Source: an uncultured virus (IMG/VR IMGVR_UViG_3300017730_000004)
Taxonomy: Duplodnaviria > Heunggongvirae > Uroviricota > Caudoviricetes
Length of the DNA stretch: 64,000 bases
Strand: one strand, 5' to 3'
IMG/VR virus record: IMGVR_UViG_3300017730_000004
Shown: positions 1 through 10,297 of the stretch, in pieces
Position numbering within the stretch: the first letter of the stretch is position 1
Layout of the letters: every line of letters begins with the position of its first letter
The notes under the pieces: generated by a model
Told to the model about the DNA's origin: nothing
The model's input: only the letters and a program-made list of their open reading frames with translations
Databases searched by the model: none
Translations under genes and position numbers: made by a program

Positions 1-181
1 CAGATACAGGAGTATTGTATATGAACGGAGACCTGTATTGATACGTTGAGGGTTGACGAGATTCAGCTGTATAGATAGACTGTGTCTGTCTAATGTTTGG
101 TTCTTGACCATTTACTGGAACTCTAGCATTGTACGGTTGCTGAATTTCCGTTTCTATGTTTACAAATATTTCTTCAGACAT
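1..181 (-). CDS. N-terminal part of a probable virion structural protein (runs off the window edge)
   Basis: ATG at 181 directly after the 529-aa gene stop; reads MSEEIFVNIETEIQQPYNARVP...RQPSTYQYRSPFIYNTPVS, open to the edge. Confidence 0.6.
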   Translation of the reverse strand, partial: MSEEIFVNIETEIQQPYNARVPVNGQEPNIRQTQSIYTAESRQPSTYQYRSPFIYNTPVS

Positions 182-182
182 A

Positions 183-1772
183 TCATACTACAAACCATAT
201 GTGTCCAGTCGACGTTGACCCAACACCACTAGGTGCAGTTGACACAATTGCATAATCCAATTTAACATTATCGGATTCTAATTTAATTCCTTCACTTGCG
301 TTGACAGCAAACGTTAATCGAGTGTCTGAGCCAGTCCCTGTGTATGATTCACTTAGACCAGCACCTGCTACCATTAAATCATTTACATCGGAATCCCCAT
401 ATTGAGGAGCTGCAGTAAGAATAATTTTATCATTATTATCTTGATAGTCTGCAGTTATATTTGAGTGGTCATTGTGGTCTAGTAATCCTTTAACTTTGTC
501 TTGTGCGTATTCTTGGAAAGTCTCTCCATTGAATGTTAAGTTACCATCGATGTCAACATCTCCACCAAAGTTAGTGTTACCACTAATGTCTGCATTTCCG
601 TTGATATCAAGTGAACCACCTTCTATCTCTCCAGTTGCAGTAACGTTTCTAAATCCAGTGATATCTTTATTTGAATCTACTGCAACTGCTTTACTAGCAA
701 TTACAGTTCCGTTTGTTAGGTCATCAATTTTTTCTAAATCTGTTTGGTCTATTCTTGCATTTCCGATTACGAATTCACTACCAGCAGTAATATCTCCTGT
801 TGCAGTAATGTTTCTGAATCCAGTGATATCTTTATCTGAATCTACTGCAACTGCTTTACTAGCAACAACGGTTCCTAGTGTAGTTCCGTCAAGATAGTTA
901 ATCTCTGTAGTGGATAAAGTTGCACCGTCTATTATCTCTAGTTCAGTCTCATTTACTCTTGCATTTCCGATTACGAATTCACTTCCAGCAATTATGTCTG
1001 TAGATGAAGTAATGTCTCCACCAGCAGTTACCGTTGAAGTCAGAGCTGCAGTCCCACCACTTAGGTTACCGTTGAATATTGTTGAGGTGATAGAACTAAA
1101 ACCTGTACCCACACCGCCTGTAATCGTTGCTGTTGAATCGGTGAAGGTTGGTGCAGTGATTGTATGTCCAGTATCTACTGTAAAGTCGCCATCATGGAAA
1201 GTCTTACCATACATTTCAATTGTATTTGTACCAGTAAGAGCTGTTACCCTGTTAGCATCATCTGCATAATTACCATTTAAAATTATTCCACTATCGTTAT
1301 TATTATAAATTGTGTTTTCAGATGTCTCTGTAAAGAAACCAATTGATTGACCACCGATTGTAGATGTTCCTAAGTATGAACCTGTGAAAGAATATATGAC
1401 AACCATGTCATTTGCAGCTGCAGCTGATGTTAGAGTCAATCTAAAATAGATATTTCCAGTTACTTGGGATATAGAATAGTCTGCACCCTCTAATAATAGA
1501 GTTGAATTCTTAAATACTTGGAATCTATCCTGTCTTAATCTAAGTGTATTACTAAAATCGTCTGCACCAGTGAATACTGACTGACCAGCTGTTGCAGTAT
1601 AGATAAACTCTTGGAAAAAGAATGACTTATCTTCCAAACTATTAAGTGCATCTATTACTGTTTCAGTATTTTCTGTTCTTAAGCCAGACTTATCACCAAC
1701 ATCAACAGCCAATTCGTTGTATTTGGTTCTAAACTGTTCAATAGTTGAGTATGTGTCTACTGTTTTTGCCAT
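183..1772 (-). CDS. Tail fibre / baseplate-associated structural protein with internal repeats
   Basis: G/T/S/D-rich; duplicated blocks AGSEFVIGNAR and ASKAVAVDSxKDITGFRN; located in tail module. Confidence 0.6.
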   Translation of the reverse strand: MAKTVDTYSTIEQFRTKYNELAVDVGDKSGLRTENTETVIDALNSLEDKSFFFQEFIYTATAGQSVFTGADDFSNTLRLRQDRFQVFKNSTLLLEGADYSISQVTGNIYFRLTLTSAAAANDMVVIYSFTGSYLGTSTIGGQSIGFFTETSENTIYNNNDSGIILNGNYADDANRVTALTGTNTIEMYGKTFHDGDFTVDTGHTITAPTFTDSTATITGGVGTGFSSITSTIFNGNLSGGTAALTSTVTAGGDITSSTDIIAGSEFVIGNARVNETELEIIDGATLSTTEINYLDGTTLGTVVASKAVAVDSDKDITGFRNITATGDITAGSEFVIGNARIDQTDLEKIDDLTNGTVIASKAVAVDSNKDITGFRNVTATGEIEGGSLDINGNADISGNTNFGGDVDIDGNLTFNGETFQEYAQDKVKGLLDHNDHSNITADYQDNNDKIILTAAPQYGDSDVNDLMVAGAGLSESYTGTGSDTRLTFAVNASEGIKLESDNVKLDYAIVSTAPSGVGSTSTGHIWFVV

Positions 1773-1981
1773 TATGTCCTATCCAATAATTGTTGAAGCA
1801 TCAATTTCATCTCTGATACGTCACTTTTAAGAGTATTTATCTCTTCTTTCTGAGCTAAAAATCTTTGTTTTCTAACTTTATGTAATCTATATTGTTCTAC
1901 GTCTGTATTTATGATAGCATGAGAAGTTTCTTCTCTATAAAGATGAGTATGTCCTTCGACTTTGATACCCATCTTATGCAA
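1772..1981 (-). CDS. Small coiled-coil protein downstream of the VrlC-like gene
   Basis: 69 aa, overlaps both neighbours, C-terminal heptads EINTLKSDVSEMKLMLQQLL. Confidence 0.6.
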   Translation of the reverse strand: MHKMGIKVEGHTHLYREETSHAIINTDVEQYRLHKVRKQRFLAQKEEINTLKSDVSEMKLMLQQLLDRT

Positions 1982-4900
1982 GTGCCATACATCTTAGTGC
2001 AGTTACCGCTGGCACTATTGCTGTACTTGTTCCTTGTCCCACTATCTTAACAACGAATCCACTAAACTCGGGTAAATTATCTGCAGTGAACTCATATTCT
2101 TTAAAGTTTCTTGCATCTGCTTCTGTTGTGACATCGGGTGAACCATCCGTATTGAAATATTCAAATCCGACATCATCTAATAAAGTTTCTTCGTCATTTT
2201 TGATGATTTTATACATCAATTTAAGTTCTGTTGTTGGTGGTCTATACATATCTGCAATAACTTTTAAAGATGTTGCTGGAGTTTTAAGATTCACCTTCCT
2301 TGTTACATAGACCATTGCATTATTATCACCCTCTGACTCAGTTGATGGAACGAATGTTGAACCGACTGGTAAGGATTTTGTAGTACCATTGTTTTTAGTA
2401 CCAGTTGCACTGTCTATATTGTTAATTCTGTTTGCAATTGCTAAACAACCCGCTGCTTGTATATCAATCATAGGTGATATGTTAGGGTTGAATGACATTA
2501 ATTGTAATTGTAAATTGAAAGATTTCTGTGATGACATCTCTCTAGATTCATTATCACTTGAAGCTACAATTGATGGTGTGTCAAAGAATACATTATCATT
2601 TAATGTTACAAATTTATTTGTTGAACGTCTTTGATATGCCTCTCCACTAATAATACCTTCGGGTGAATACTGAGGAGTTGTAAGAACGTTTGCACTAATA
2701 ATGGTTCCTTGCAGTTGAACTGAAGGAATCATTGTATGAATTGCATCAAAGTAATAGTTTCTTGTTGCAGTTGCATTTGCACCACCACCGATTGTTGATT
2801 CGAATGCATAAAGACTTGAGAATGAGTATCCGCTGAGAGATGGAGTAAATCTAAATGAATCTATTCCTCTATCTGCAAGAGTGCTATGTAATGTATTGAT
2901 TACTGCAATAGGACAACCACCTAAAGTATCTTCGGGTGTTCCTAATACTACACTTACATCTGCATTGGAAGTTCCAATATTTGTAATTGTAATGTTATCA
3001 CCAGCAGTATAGTTCTGTCCAACTTTTAAAATATTTACATCTGTAATTGCACCACTTGCTATGATAACTTCACACTTGATTCCACTACCTGTTCCACCAC
3101 TATGAGTATCATCTGTACAGTTGATTGTTCCATCTGCTGGTAAAGTATCAGAACCAATCTGTGAGAAACTTGATACTATCACTGCAGAATTTTTCTTGTC
3201 TCCAACAATACCAGCTATTGTTACATTATCTTTATTATTGGTGTCATCATAGAAACCATGATTATAAGAATACACTTTAAGTTTTTTATCTGCAAAAGTT
3301 TCTATCGGATTTGTTTGTAGGTTAGTGTATGGTAAAGCATCATTTTCGAAATTAACATTACCAACTTTATCAATCTCATATTTTGCAACCTTCATGTTAA
3401 ATTTAAGGTCATCTGTTTGTTCTGCAGTCCAAGTAGAAGCATTCTGTGACATGAATAATGAACCAGCATATGGTTGTCCACTTATAACTTCTGCAGTTGT
3501 TAAATCTGTTTCACCCATTCTAGAAATAAAGCACTCATACTCATTAGAGTTTGAGTATACAACGAAACAATATTCATTGTCCTGTTCTAAGTGAACTGGT
3601 GATTCGAATGTAAATGTTGTTGCAACTGAACCATCAGCTGATGTATTAATATCATCGGGGTTTTTAGTAACGTCTGAGAAAGGTAATACTATCTGGCCTG
3701 GATATCCATTTACCATGTTTCTAATTTGTACTGAACAAGGCATAAATGTATCTTTTGTTGCAAAGAATAAATCTATTGAAGTCATATCCATACCACCTTG
3801 TGCATCAACCAAGAATGATTGTGCAAGTGGGTCACCCCATCCTCTCATCTCTCCACCATTTAAAGCAAAGATTAAAGGTCTTTCTATTGTTCGTTCTACA
3901 AAATCTCTTCTATCAATTTGTGGCACTGCTACTGGTAAAGGTGGCGGTGTTGGAAGAGTTATAACTGGTGGTATAAATCTAATATCGGGTATGATGTTAG
4001 GTATTGTAATTGGAAAGTCGGGAATTATAGGTTCGGGTATATCAATTATTTGAATAGAGTTATCGACTGGTATCTCGTTTACTGGTGGGAAAATTGGGCC
4101 ATCTGCATGTACTTCAGAGTTTAATCTCTCACCTCTTCTTGAGAAGTCTCTTGTTGCTGAATGGTCTTCTCTAATTACTCTACCATTTCTTGTTGATACG
4201 ATTTCTGTTTGTGTTGCTTGTAAAATACCTTGTGCAGAGTACATTCCATTTCCCTGTGAAGCAGGGTTTGCCATATTGTAGAAACTTGAAGTAATTCTTA
4301 AGTCTCTTTGACCTGTTGGGAATCTTTGAGCTGCACTGTTAGGCAATTCAAAGTATGCTCTTAGTCTTCCATTACCATCTGTTTTACATTCTGAAGTAAC
4401 TGTTGTTCCACCGTCTTGTGAATACGTTGCATTGAAAGGTCTTACAAATTTGTTAACATTGATGTTATCAAAATAGAAGTAATGGTTTGAATTTGGTTTT
4501 AAATTTGTTGCATCAATTTCAATTGTTCTTGAACGGATAAATGGTATCAATGACATTGATACAACTCTATCGTTTCTTGTCTCTACAAAATCTTCAACTA
4601 CAGTTGTTGTTACACCAGTTCTTGTTTGAATTTCGGGTGTCTCTGTAATTTCTCTACTAACAGTTATTCCTGCTACCCACTCTCCACCTTGTAATGGGTC
4701 TCCACTCCATGAACCATTTGAAGTTGATTGAACTTCTGTTGATACAGCTGAAGGTTCTCCAACCCATGTTGTTTGCCATGAGTTCCAAACTGTTCCTAAT
4801 GAGTTTGCATTCTCAGCCATAACAGCATCAAAGTTACCTTCACGGTTAACTCTCACATCGGGTAATCTTTCTGTGTCTTGCCAGATATCTGTATCGGGTG

Positions 4901-7900
4901 TTAATTTAACATTACCGATAAATGCAAATACGTGATAAGGGTTAACATTAATTGAACGAGAAGCTTTATCTTGATTAACATAACTAACTTCACTATATGG
5001 TAAAGTAATTATATCACCAGTCTTTTTAAAGTTTGTTGATGCACCTACGTTTTGTGTAATACCAAAGAATTGAGTAAATGACTTAGGTCTTAACATACCC
5101 ATCTTGGTATCAATAGCACAGTTGTAATCGGGATGATTTACATCACCAATTTTATGACCTCTGAAGTTATCTACTAAGAAGCCTGATTTGTATCTATCAA
5201 ATCCGTCTGCATCTAAAATTTGTTTTGTTTGTGTGTCTTTTTCTAATAGAGAAAGAGATGTAATTCTTTCAAGGTTAGTAACCCTATTGTTTATCTTACC
5301 GATATCCTTCATGGTATATCGTCTATGGTCAAAACTTCTTATTTGAACATCACTTAATTTATTGGTATACGGTGGTATTCTCATTTCGAATAACTGTATA
5401 CTATCATCTAAAGCTGTAGGTTTAGTTGGAGATAATGCTGGAGTTCCTTGAGATATTTCGAACTTACCTTTCTTATGTAAGAATACTTTATCTATTCTTC
5501 CAACATAGAATTCAATATCACCTTTAAGAGATGAACCACTTACTGGAACATCTACTGCGTTAGCACCTGTATCTGTAATACCAGTTCTTGCATCAGCGAA
5601 AGAACGACCACTCTCATAACCAAATGGTGCAAATACAGCTCCACTGGTTGAGTTCGATAAATCTACTGCAGCTGCTACGTTCTGAGAAACATTAGATGAA
5701 AATGTAGTTGTCCCTAAAATTTGTCCTACTACTGGTCTAAAGTCAACACAATCTGAAAGTTCAAATGTTCCATCGGGTTCTAGTCCACCTAAGTCTACCT
5801 TGTTTGGTGAGTAAACTGGAATGTCTTTATAATCGATTGATGAATAAGAATTTACATCAAAGAAGTCTCCACCACCCGATACTGTAAAGGAATCAAACAC
5901 TAGTAAAAGTGGATTACTTGGTTTAGGTTGGCCAGGTTTTAATGTTAGTTTGGATAAGTCATAGTATCCATCTCTTTGACCATTGTCAAAGAAGTATCTG
6001 TCTTTAATGTCGGGGGAACCTGCGTTAACTCCACCACTTTCTGCAGTCGGCATTGTACCACTTGCAAGTGATGTTTGTCCTACTACAGTTTCACTTGGTA
6101 AGAATACTTCACCATCTGTTGATGTATAATACCAATATGAGAGATTACCACCACCAAAATTAATAAGACTTGCTCTTGCACCCGAAGTCTGACCAATGAT
6201 TATTTCGTGGTTAACAAATTCATCACTTGTGGTTATAATTGCATTTGGAGTAATTGGTGTCCCATCAATTCCTTCGAATACTCCAATAACTTTGTGTACG
6301 TCTGCAACACCTAATGTAATATCTTTGTCATCGTATGCAGTTCCATAGAAACCATTATCACTTCTAGGTTTTGATACTTTTAAAACTCTTGCTTTGGATA
6401 ATGATTTACCTCTTGAGGTAACACCACTAGTTTTTGTTACTGTATATGTTACATCAACAAAGGCACCATTGTTACCTGTAAGAGTCAAAGTTAATACTTC
6501 TGCGTTACCAGCAACGTTTACACTTGGGTTTAAATCTTCAACATTAAGTAAATCCCCAGCTGCATAACCACTACCTGCTTCTCTTACTGAGATTGAAAAG
6601 TTATCTGTATTTCGTGCATTGAATGTCTCATGGGCTCCAGTAGTTATACTTATCTGATTAGATGCAACTTCTTTAACTACTTGTCTTCTTACTGTTACAG
6701 ATTTTGGAGTATGACTTGCAACAAAATCTCTTGGGAATGCATGTATGTTTGCAGTCTGATTTTGGTCAAACAATTTTGCACGTCTTCTGACTGCATTACC
6801 ACTTCCAGCTGCTATTGAGTTTGCAGTCAAGACTAAAGCTGTTTCTGAGGTGACTGAAGCAACGGTATTAACATTACCTGCTTGGTCTATTATTTGGTCA
6901 CCCTCTTTTAATTCTTTTGCAAACTGAGTTGCAAAACCTGTTACAGCTGTTGAGTTTGTAGCTACAAAGGTAACTGTTCCACTTAGAACATTATCTTGTG
7001 ATAATGAAACATCTGCAGTGAAAATTTCTCTGTTAGTATTGTTAGGTTTTTGTGCAACTGCTCTTGCACGGTCAATGTTGTAAGTTCTAATTGCACTACA
7101 AGATGTAAGTGTTGCAGTGCTTCCACCACCTTCTGCTGATATATTATCAGAAGTTGTAAATGCACCTTGTACATCATGTACAAAGAGATTACTTCCCTCG
7201 ACATGGTGAACGATAGCACTTGTACCAGTTGAACTACCAGTAACTTTATCACCTGCTACGAATGTGTTTGCAATCGTACCAGTAAGTTTAGTAAACATCT
7301 TGATATCAAATAAATATAAATTCCAAAGAGCTGTGTCTGTATAGACATCACTTGAGTCGATACCTTCATGAAGGTCTACGTTTCTAATTCTACATGTTCC
7401 AATATTACCAGTTGCACTTAAGGCTCCATCTGTATCTGATATACCTAAGTCTGCTACTAGGTTATCATATAGTAATGCTGGATTATGTGGGTCAATAGTA
7501 TCTGAACCAGTTTCGTTACCGAACTCGGGTAGACCATGAGCATTAGTAACTCTTAATTTATTTCCTAATCTGATTGGTGCTGATACACCAGTCAATGATT
7601 CTGTTGTTCTTGCTTTTTGAATGTTTAGAGTAGTTGTTCCAACTTTATCAATTTCATAACCTCTAACATATGCCTTGCCCGGCGATACCATGAATACGAA
7701 TCTTCCTTCGTCTCCACCATTATTCTTCGTATAGAAACCTAAATTAGTTCCGTCATCTAAATGTTGTCTTAATGATGCAGTAAATTGTGTGACTACGAAG
7801 TCTCCGTTTGCATCGAATGTTCTTCGTGCAAGAGTGTTTTCTATTTCTGCATATTTTGTTTTGTCTATTTTAAGTGTGATAACACCTGCGTTAACTCTTG

Positions 7901-8741
7901 ATAGTTCAACGAAGGATGTACCTAATACTGAGTCTAATGTATGTTTTGCTAGTGTTAAACTGAATTTTAAACGGTCTGCTCCAGCTGCATTTTCATTTGA
8001 TGTACCCGCTGCATTATCTTCTAAAGAGTCGTCTGCAGCTGATGTTACTAAAGATTCAACAATATCTAAACCTACTCTGTATGAAGGAGCTCCACTATAT
8101 TTTTCTAATATAATAGTTTGTTTGTCTACCTTTGTAAAGAATCCTCTTGTGAATACAACACCTTCTGTTATCTCTGCAATAGATGCTCTACCTGTTGGTG
8201 TTTCGGAAGAAGGTTGTATTTCTAAATCATTTTCGGTAGATGTATCTGTAGTAACAGTACCACTTGAATTATATCCAACTAACTCTAATGTTTCTCCTGC
8301 TGAGAACATAAAGTCATTAGTAGAATTAGTACCTTGTTGTACTGGTCTAATAAACATTGTTAATTTATCTGCACTAGTTTCTGCAGTTGACGTTACTACT
8401 TTTGCAACAACACCACTTGTTTGTCCTCTGACATACTTATCATGAAAGGATGTTCTATATGATTCTACTGCACTGTTGCCTAATGGATTTGGATTGGCTG
8501 CTTTTACTTTAACAAAGTAAATATCCATATCGATGTTCGTTTGAGCACCTTGGATAATAGTACCTTCTTCAAAAAAATGGTCTCCCATTCTTTCGATTTG
8601 GTTTTGTAAAATAGATTGAGACTGTGTTAATTCCCTTGCTTGCAAAGGACGACCAGCCCTATAAAGAACTTTATGGAACTTCTTATCTTCGGAATAATCG
8701 TCGTAATAGGGTGATATATTTAAGTCTGTCTTCTCTGCCAT
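1974..8741 (-). CDS. Large virion structural protein, VrlC/DUF4815-like
   Basis: 2255 aa; N-terminus TDLNISPYYDDY...FHKVLYRAGRPLQARELTQSQSILQNQ, plus DRYKSGFLVDNF and DPLAQSF motifs. Confidence 0.85.
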   Translation of the reverse strand: MAEKTDLNISPYYDDYSEDKKFHKVLYRAGRPLQARELTQSQSILQNQIERMGDHFFEEGTIIQGAQTNIDMDIYFVKVKAANPNPLGNSAVESYRTSFHDKYVRGQTSGVVAKVVTSTAETSADKLTMFIRPVQQGTNSTNDFMFSAGETLELVGYNSSGTVTTDTSTENDLEIQPSSETPTGRASIAEITEGVVFTRGFFTKVDKQTIILEKYSGAPSYRVGLDIVESLVTSAADDSLEDNAAGTSNENAAGADRLKFSLTLAKHTLDSVLGTSFVELSRVNAGVITLKIDKTKYAEIENTLARRTFDANGDFVVTQFTASLRQHLDDGTNLGFYTKNNGGDEGRFVFMVSPGKAYVRGYEIDKVGTTTLNIQKARTTESLTGVSAPIRLGNKLRVTNAHGLPEFGNETGSDTIDPHNPALLYDNLVADLGISDTDGALSATGNIGTCRIRNVDLHEGIDSSDVYTDTALWNLYLFDIKMFTKLTGTIANTFVAGDKVTGSSTGTSAIVHHVEGSNLFVHDVQGAFTTSDNISAEGGGSTATLTSCSAIRTYNIDRARAVAQKPNNTNREIFTADVSLSQDNVLSGTVTFVATNSTAVTGFATQFAKELKEGDQIIDQAGNVNTVASVTSETALVLTANSIAAGSGNAVRRRAKLFDQNQTANIHAFPRDFVASHTPKSVTVRRQVVKEVASNQISITTGAHETFNARNTDNFSISVREAGSGYAAGDLLNVEDLNPSVNVAGNAEVLTLTLTGNNGAFVDVTYTVTKTSGVTSRGKSLSKARVLKVSKPRSDNGFYGTAYDDKDITLGVADVHKVIGVFEGIDGTPITPNAIITTSDEFVNHEIIIGQTSGARASLINFGGGNLSYWYYTSTDGEVFLPSETVVGQTSLASGTMPTAESGGVNAGSPDIKDRYFFDNGQRDGYYDLSKLTLKPGQPKPSNPLLLVFDSFTVSGGGDFFDVNSYSSIDYKDIPVYSPNKVDLGGLEPDGTFELSDCVDFRPVVGQILGTTTFSSNVSQNVAAAVDLSNSTSGAVFAPFGYESGRSFADARTGITDTGANAVDVPVSGSSLKGDIEFYVGRIDKVFLHKKGKFEISQGTPALSPTKPTALDDSIQLFEMRIPPYTNKLSDVQIRSFDHRRYTMKDIGKINNRVTNLERITSLSLLEKDTQTKQILDADGFDRYKSGFLVDNFRGHKIGDVNHPDYNCAIDTKMGMLRPKSFTQFFGITQNVGASTNFKKTGDIITLPYSEVSYVNQDKASRSINVNPYHVFAFIGNVKLTPDTDIWQDTERLPDVRVNREGNFDAVMAENANSLGTVWNSWQTTWVGEPSAVSTEVQSTSNGSWSGDPLQGGEWVAGITVSREITETPEIQTRTGVTTTVVEDFVETRNDRVVSMSLIPFIRSRTIEIDATNLKPNSNHYFYFDNINVNKFVRPFNATYSQDGGTTVTSECKTDGNGRLRAYFELPNSAAQRFPTGQRDLRITSSFYNMANPASQGNGMYSAQGILQATQTEIVSTRNGRVIREDHSATRDFSRRGERLNSEVHADGPIFPPVNEIPVDNSIQIIDIPEPIIPDFPITIPNIIPDIRFIPPVITLPTPPPLPVAVPQIDRRDFVERTIERPLIFALNGGEMRGWGDPLAQSFLVDAQGGMDMTSIDLFFATKDTFMPCSVQIRNMVNGYPGQIVLPFSDVTKNPDDINTSADGSVATTFTFESPVHLEQDNEYCFVVYSNSNEYECFISRMGETDLTTAEVISGQPYAGSLFMSQNASTWTAEQTDDLKFNMKVAKYEIDKVGNVNFENDALPYTNLQTNPIETFADKKLKVYSYNHGFYDDTNNKDNVTIAGIVGDKKNSAVIVSSFSQIGSDTLPADGTINCTDDTHSGGTGSGIKCEVIIASGAITDVNILKVGQNYTAGDNITITNIGTSNADVSVVLGTPEDTLGGCPIAVINTLHSTLADRGIDSFRFTPSLSGYSFSSLYAFESTIGGGANATATRNYYFDAIHTMIPSVQLQGTIISANVLTTPQYSPEGIISGEAYQRRSTNKFVTLNDNVFFDTPSIVASSDNESREMSSQKSFNLQLQLMSFNPNISPMIDIQAAGCLAIANRINNIDSATGTKNNGTTKSLPVGSTFVPSTESEGDNNAMVYVTRKVNLKTPATSLKVIADMYRPPTTELKLMYKIIKNDEETLLDDVGFEYFNTDGSPDVTTEADARNFKEYEFTADNLPEFSGFVVKIVGQGTSTAIVPAVTALRCMALA

Positions 8742-8763
8742 AGTCTTTTAGCCTTTTAAAAAT

Positions 8764-8782
8764 GTAAAGGGGATTTCTCCCC
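8764..8782 (-). terminator. Terminator-like hairpin between gp8 and the VrlC-like gene
   Basis: Minus strand GGGGA-GAAA-TCCCC followed by TTTACATTTTT. Confidence 0.5.
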
Positions 8783-8786
8783 GATA

Positions 8787-10256
8787 TTACATTTCAATAA
8801 TTAATTTAATGTCTTCGATTTGGTCTGCAGCTCTAGAAACAGCACCACGGTTCTCAATGTACATGATGTTGCCTGAGTAGTGTTCCACTTCGGGATGTGA
8901 AGCATCTACTGCTGATACAGTTCCAATATTTGCACCTGCTTTGTAAACTACATCTGCAGCTGCAAAGTTGGCATAACCACCTTCACTATTTGCGACTGGT
9001 ATATGAGAAATTACTGTTCCGTTTACAGAAACAATTCTTGATACTGCAACACCAACACCGTCTGAACTTGCATCCATGATGATGTCGTCGGGAGCAAGAC
9101 CACTTGCACCCGATAATGTCATTTGTGAATATGCAGTCATAGACGTTGCAGAACCAACTGCTGTAGTTCCTTTTGCAAATGGGTCTTGACATAAACCTAT
9201 TCTTCTGAAATCGTTATCTGTTGGGAAGTCTCCACCACCTTCACCGAACTCAAATCTTGAGTTGATGATAATGTAGTTTCCACCTAATTCTTCTACTGGG
9301 TCTGCACCGTGTCCAATAATTGGTGATAGGATAGGTTTAATTACACTACCACTTCCACCAAGTCCACTGATTCCTGCTGTGTCTATAGAAGCTCTTCTAT
9401 AACCAGAGCCTGGAGTTGTAACTGTTACGTGAGTGATAACACCACCCGATACGTGTACTGAACAAACACCACCTGTACCATCTCCATCGATTGCAACGTT
9501 TTCGTATGTACCATCTCCGTTTGAATGTCCACTTCCGCCTGCAGTTACTACAATATGATTAATTGAACCATCAACTGCATCGTTTTCAACGTCCCACTGT
9601 GCAGTAGTATCGTTGGTTGCAGCTGTACCTAATCCACCGTTAGTACCATTACCAAATATTTCTGTTTGAGCACCAATTGTTTTGACTGGAATAAAGTCAT
9701 TAGTTACGAATTTGATTACATCTGAAGCTGAGATTGAGTACATATATTTCCATATGTATCCTCTACCTGTTCCCACTCCAGCATCAGCAGTTTCAATAAG
9801 TGTAGTTGAAGATGTACCAACTGGTTTAACGGAAGAAGCGACGACAGCACCGTTTCCATCTCTTCCTGTTCTGATACATTTGTATACGTTATACTCTTCT
9901 GTCATCACATAAAATCTAGAATCGTAAATATTTGAAGAACTAGTTGCCGTTGAAGTGTTTGATGCACTTACATCGTGTTGATATTCATCATAGACTACAT
10001 TTTCTGTCCAGTTGTATCTAACTAGACCATGAGTTACGTCGCCAGTAGGCACTTTCTTTAGTGCAATCATATCTGACCATGCGTCTAACTCTTCACCAAC
10101 TGAGTTTGCTGGTGCAGTAGGAACTGCATCGTTTGGCCATGCAAATGACCTTCCTATGAATATATAAGTTGAAGAAGCTCCTTCTGATGCTGAGAAGTCT
10201 TCTTTAAATTGTTTCGCGTTATGTGTACGAAACTTCTCTGTAATTATTGCTGCCAT
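8787..10256 (-). CDS. gp8: Baseplate wedge subunit gp8
   Basis: MAAIITEKFR start, YIFIGR, FYVMTEEYNVYKCI, GYIWKYMY, C-terminal EDIKLIIE. Confidence 0.9.
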   Translation of the reverse strand: MAAIITEKFRTHNAKQFKEDFSASEGASSTYIFIGRSFAWPNDAVPTAPANSVGEELDAWSDMIALKKVPTGDVTHGLVRYNWTENVVYDEYQHDVSASNTSTATSSSNIYDSRFYVMTEEYNVYKCIRTGRDGNGAVVASSVKPVGTSSTTLIETADAGVGTGRGYIWKYMYSISASDVIKFVTNDFIPVKTIGAQTEIFGNGTNGGLGTAATNDTTAQWDVENDAVDGSINHIVVTAGGSGHSNGDGTYENVAIDGDGTGGVCSVHVSGGVITHVTVTTPGSGYRRASIDTAGISGLGGSGSVIKPILSPIIGHGADPVEELGGNYIIINSRFEFGEGGGDFPTDNDFRRIGLCQDPFAKGTTAVGSATSMTAYSQMTLSGASGLAPDDIIMDASSDGVGVAVSRIVSVNGTVISHIPVANSEGGYANFAAADVVYKAGANIGTVSAVDASHPEVEHYSGNIMYIENRGAVSRAADQIEDIKLIIEM

Positions 10257-10286
10257 TTTTATTTCTCTCCCGAAATTATATAATAC

Positions 10287-10294
10287 TATTTATA
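10287..10294 (-). promoter_or_regulatory. T4-type late promoter TATAAATA (gp8)
   Basis: Exact TATAAATA on minus strand 30 nt upstream of the gp8 ATG, followed by GGAG SD. Confidence 0.75.
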
Positions 10295-10297
10295 ACA

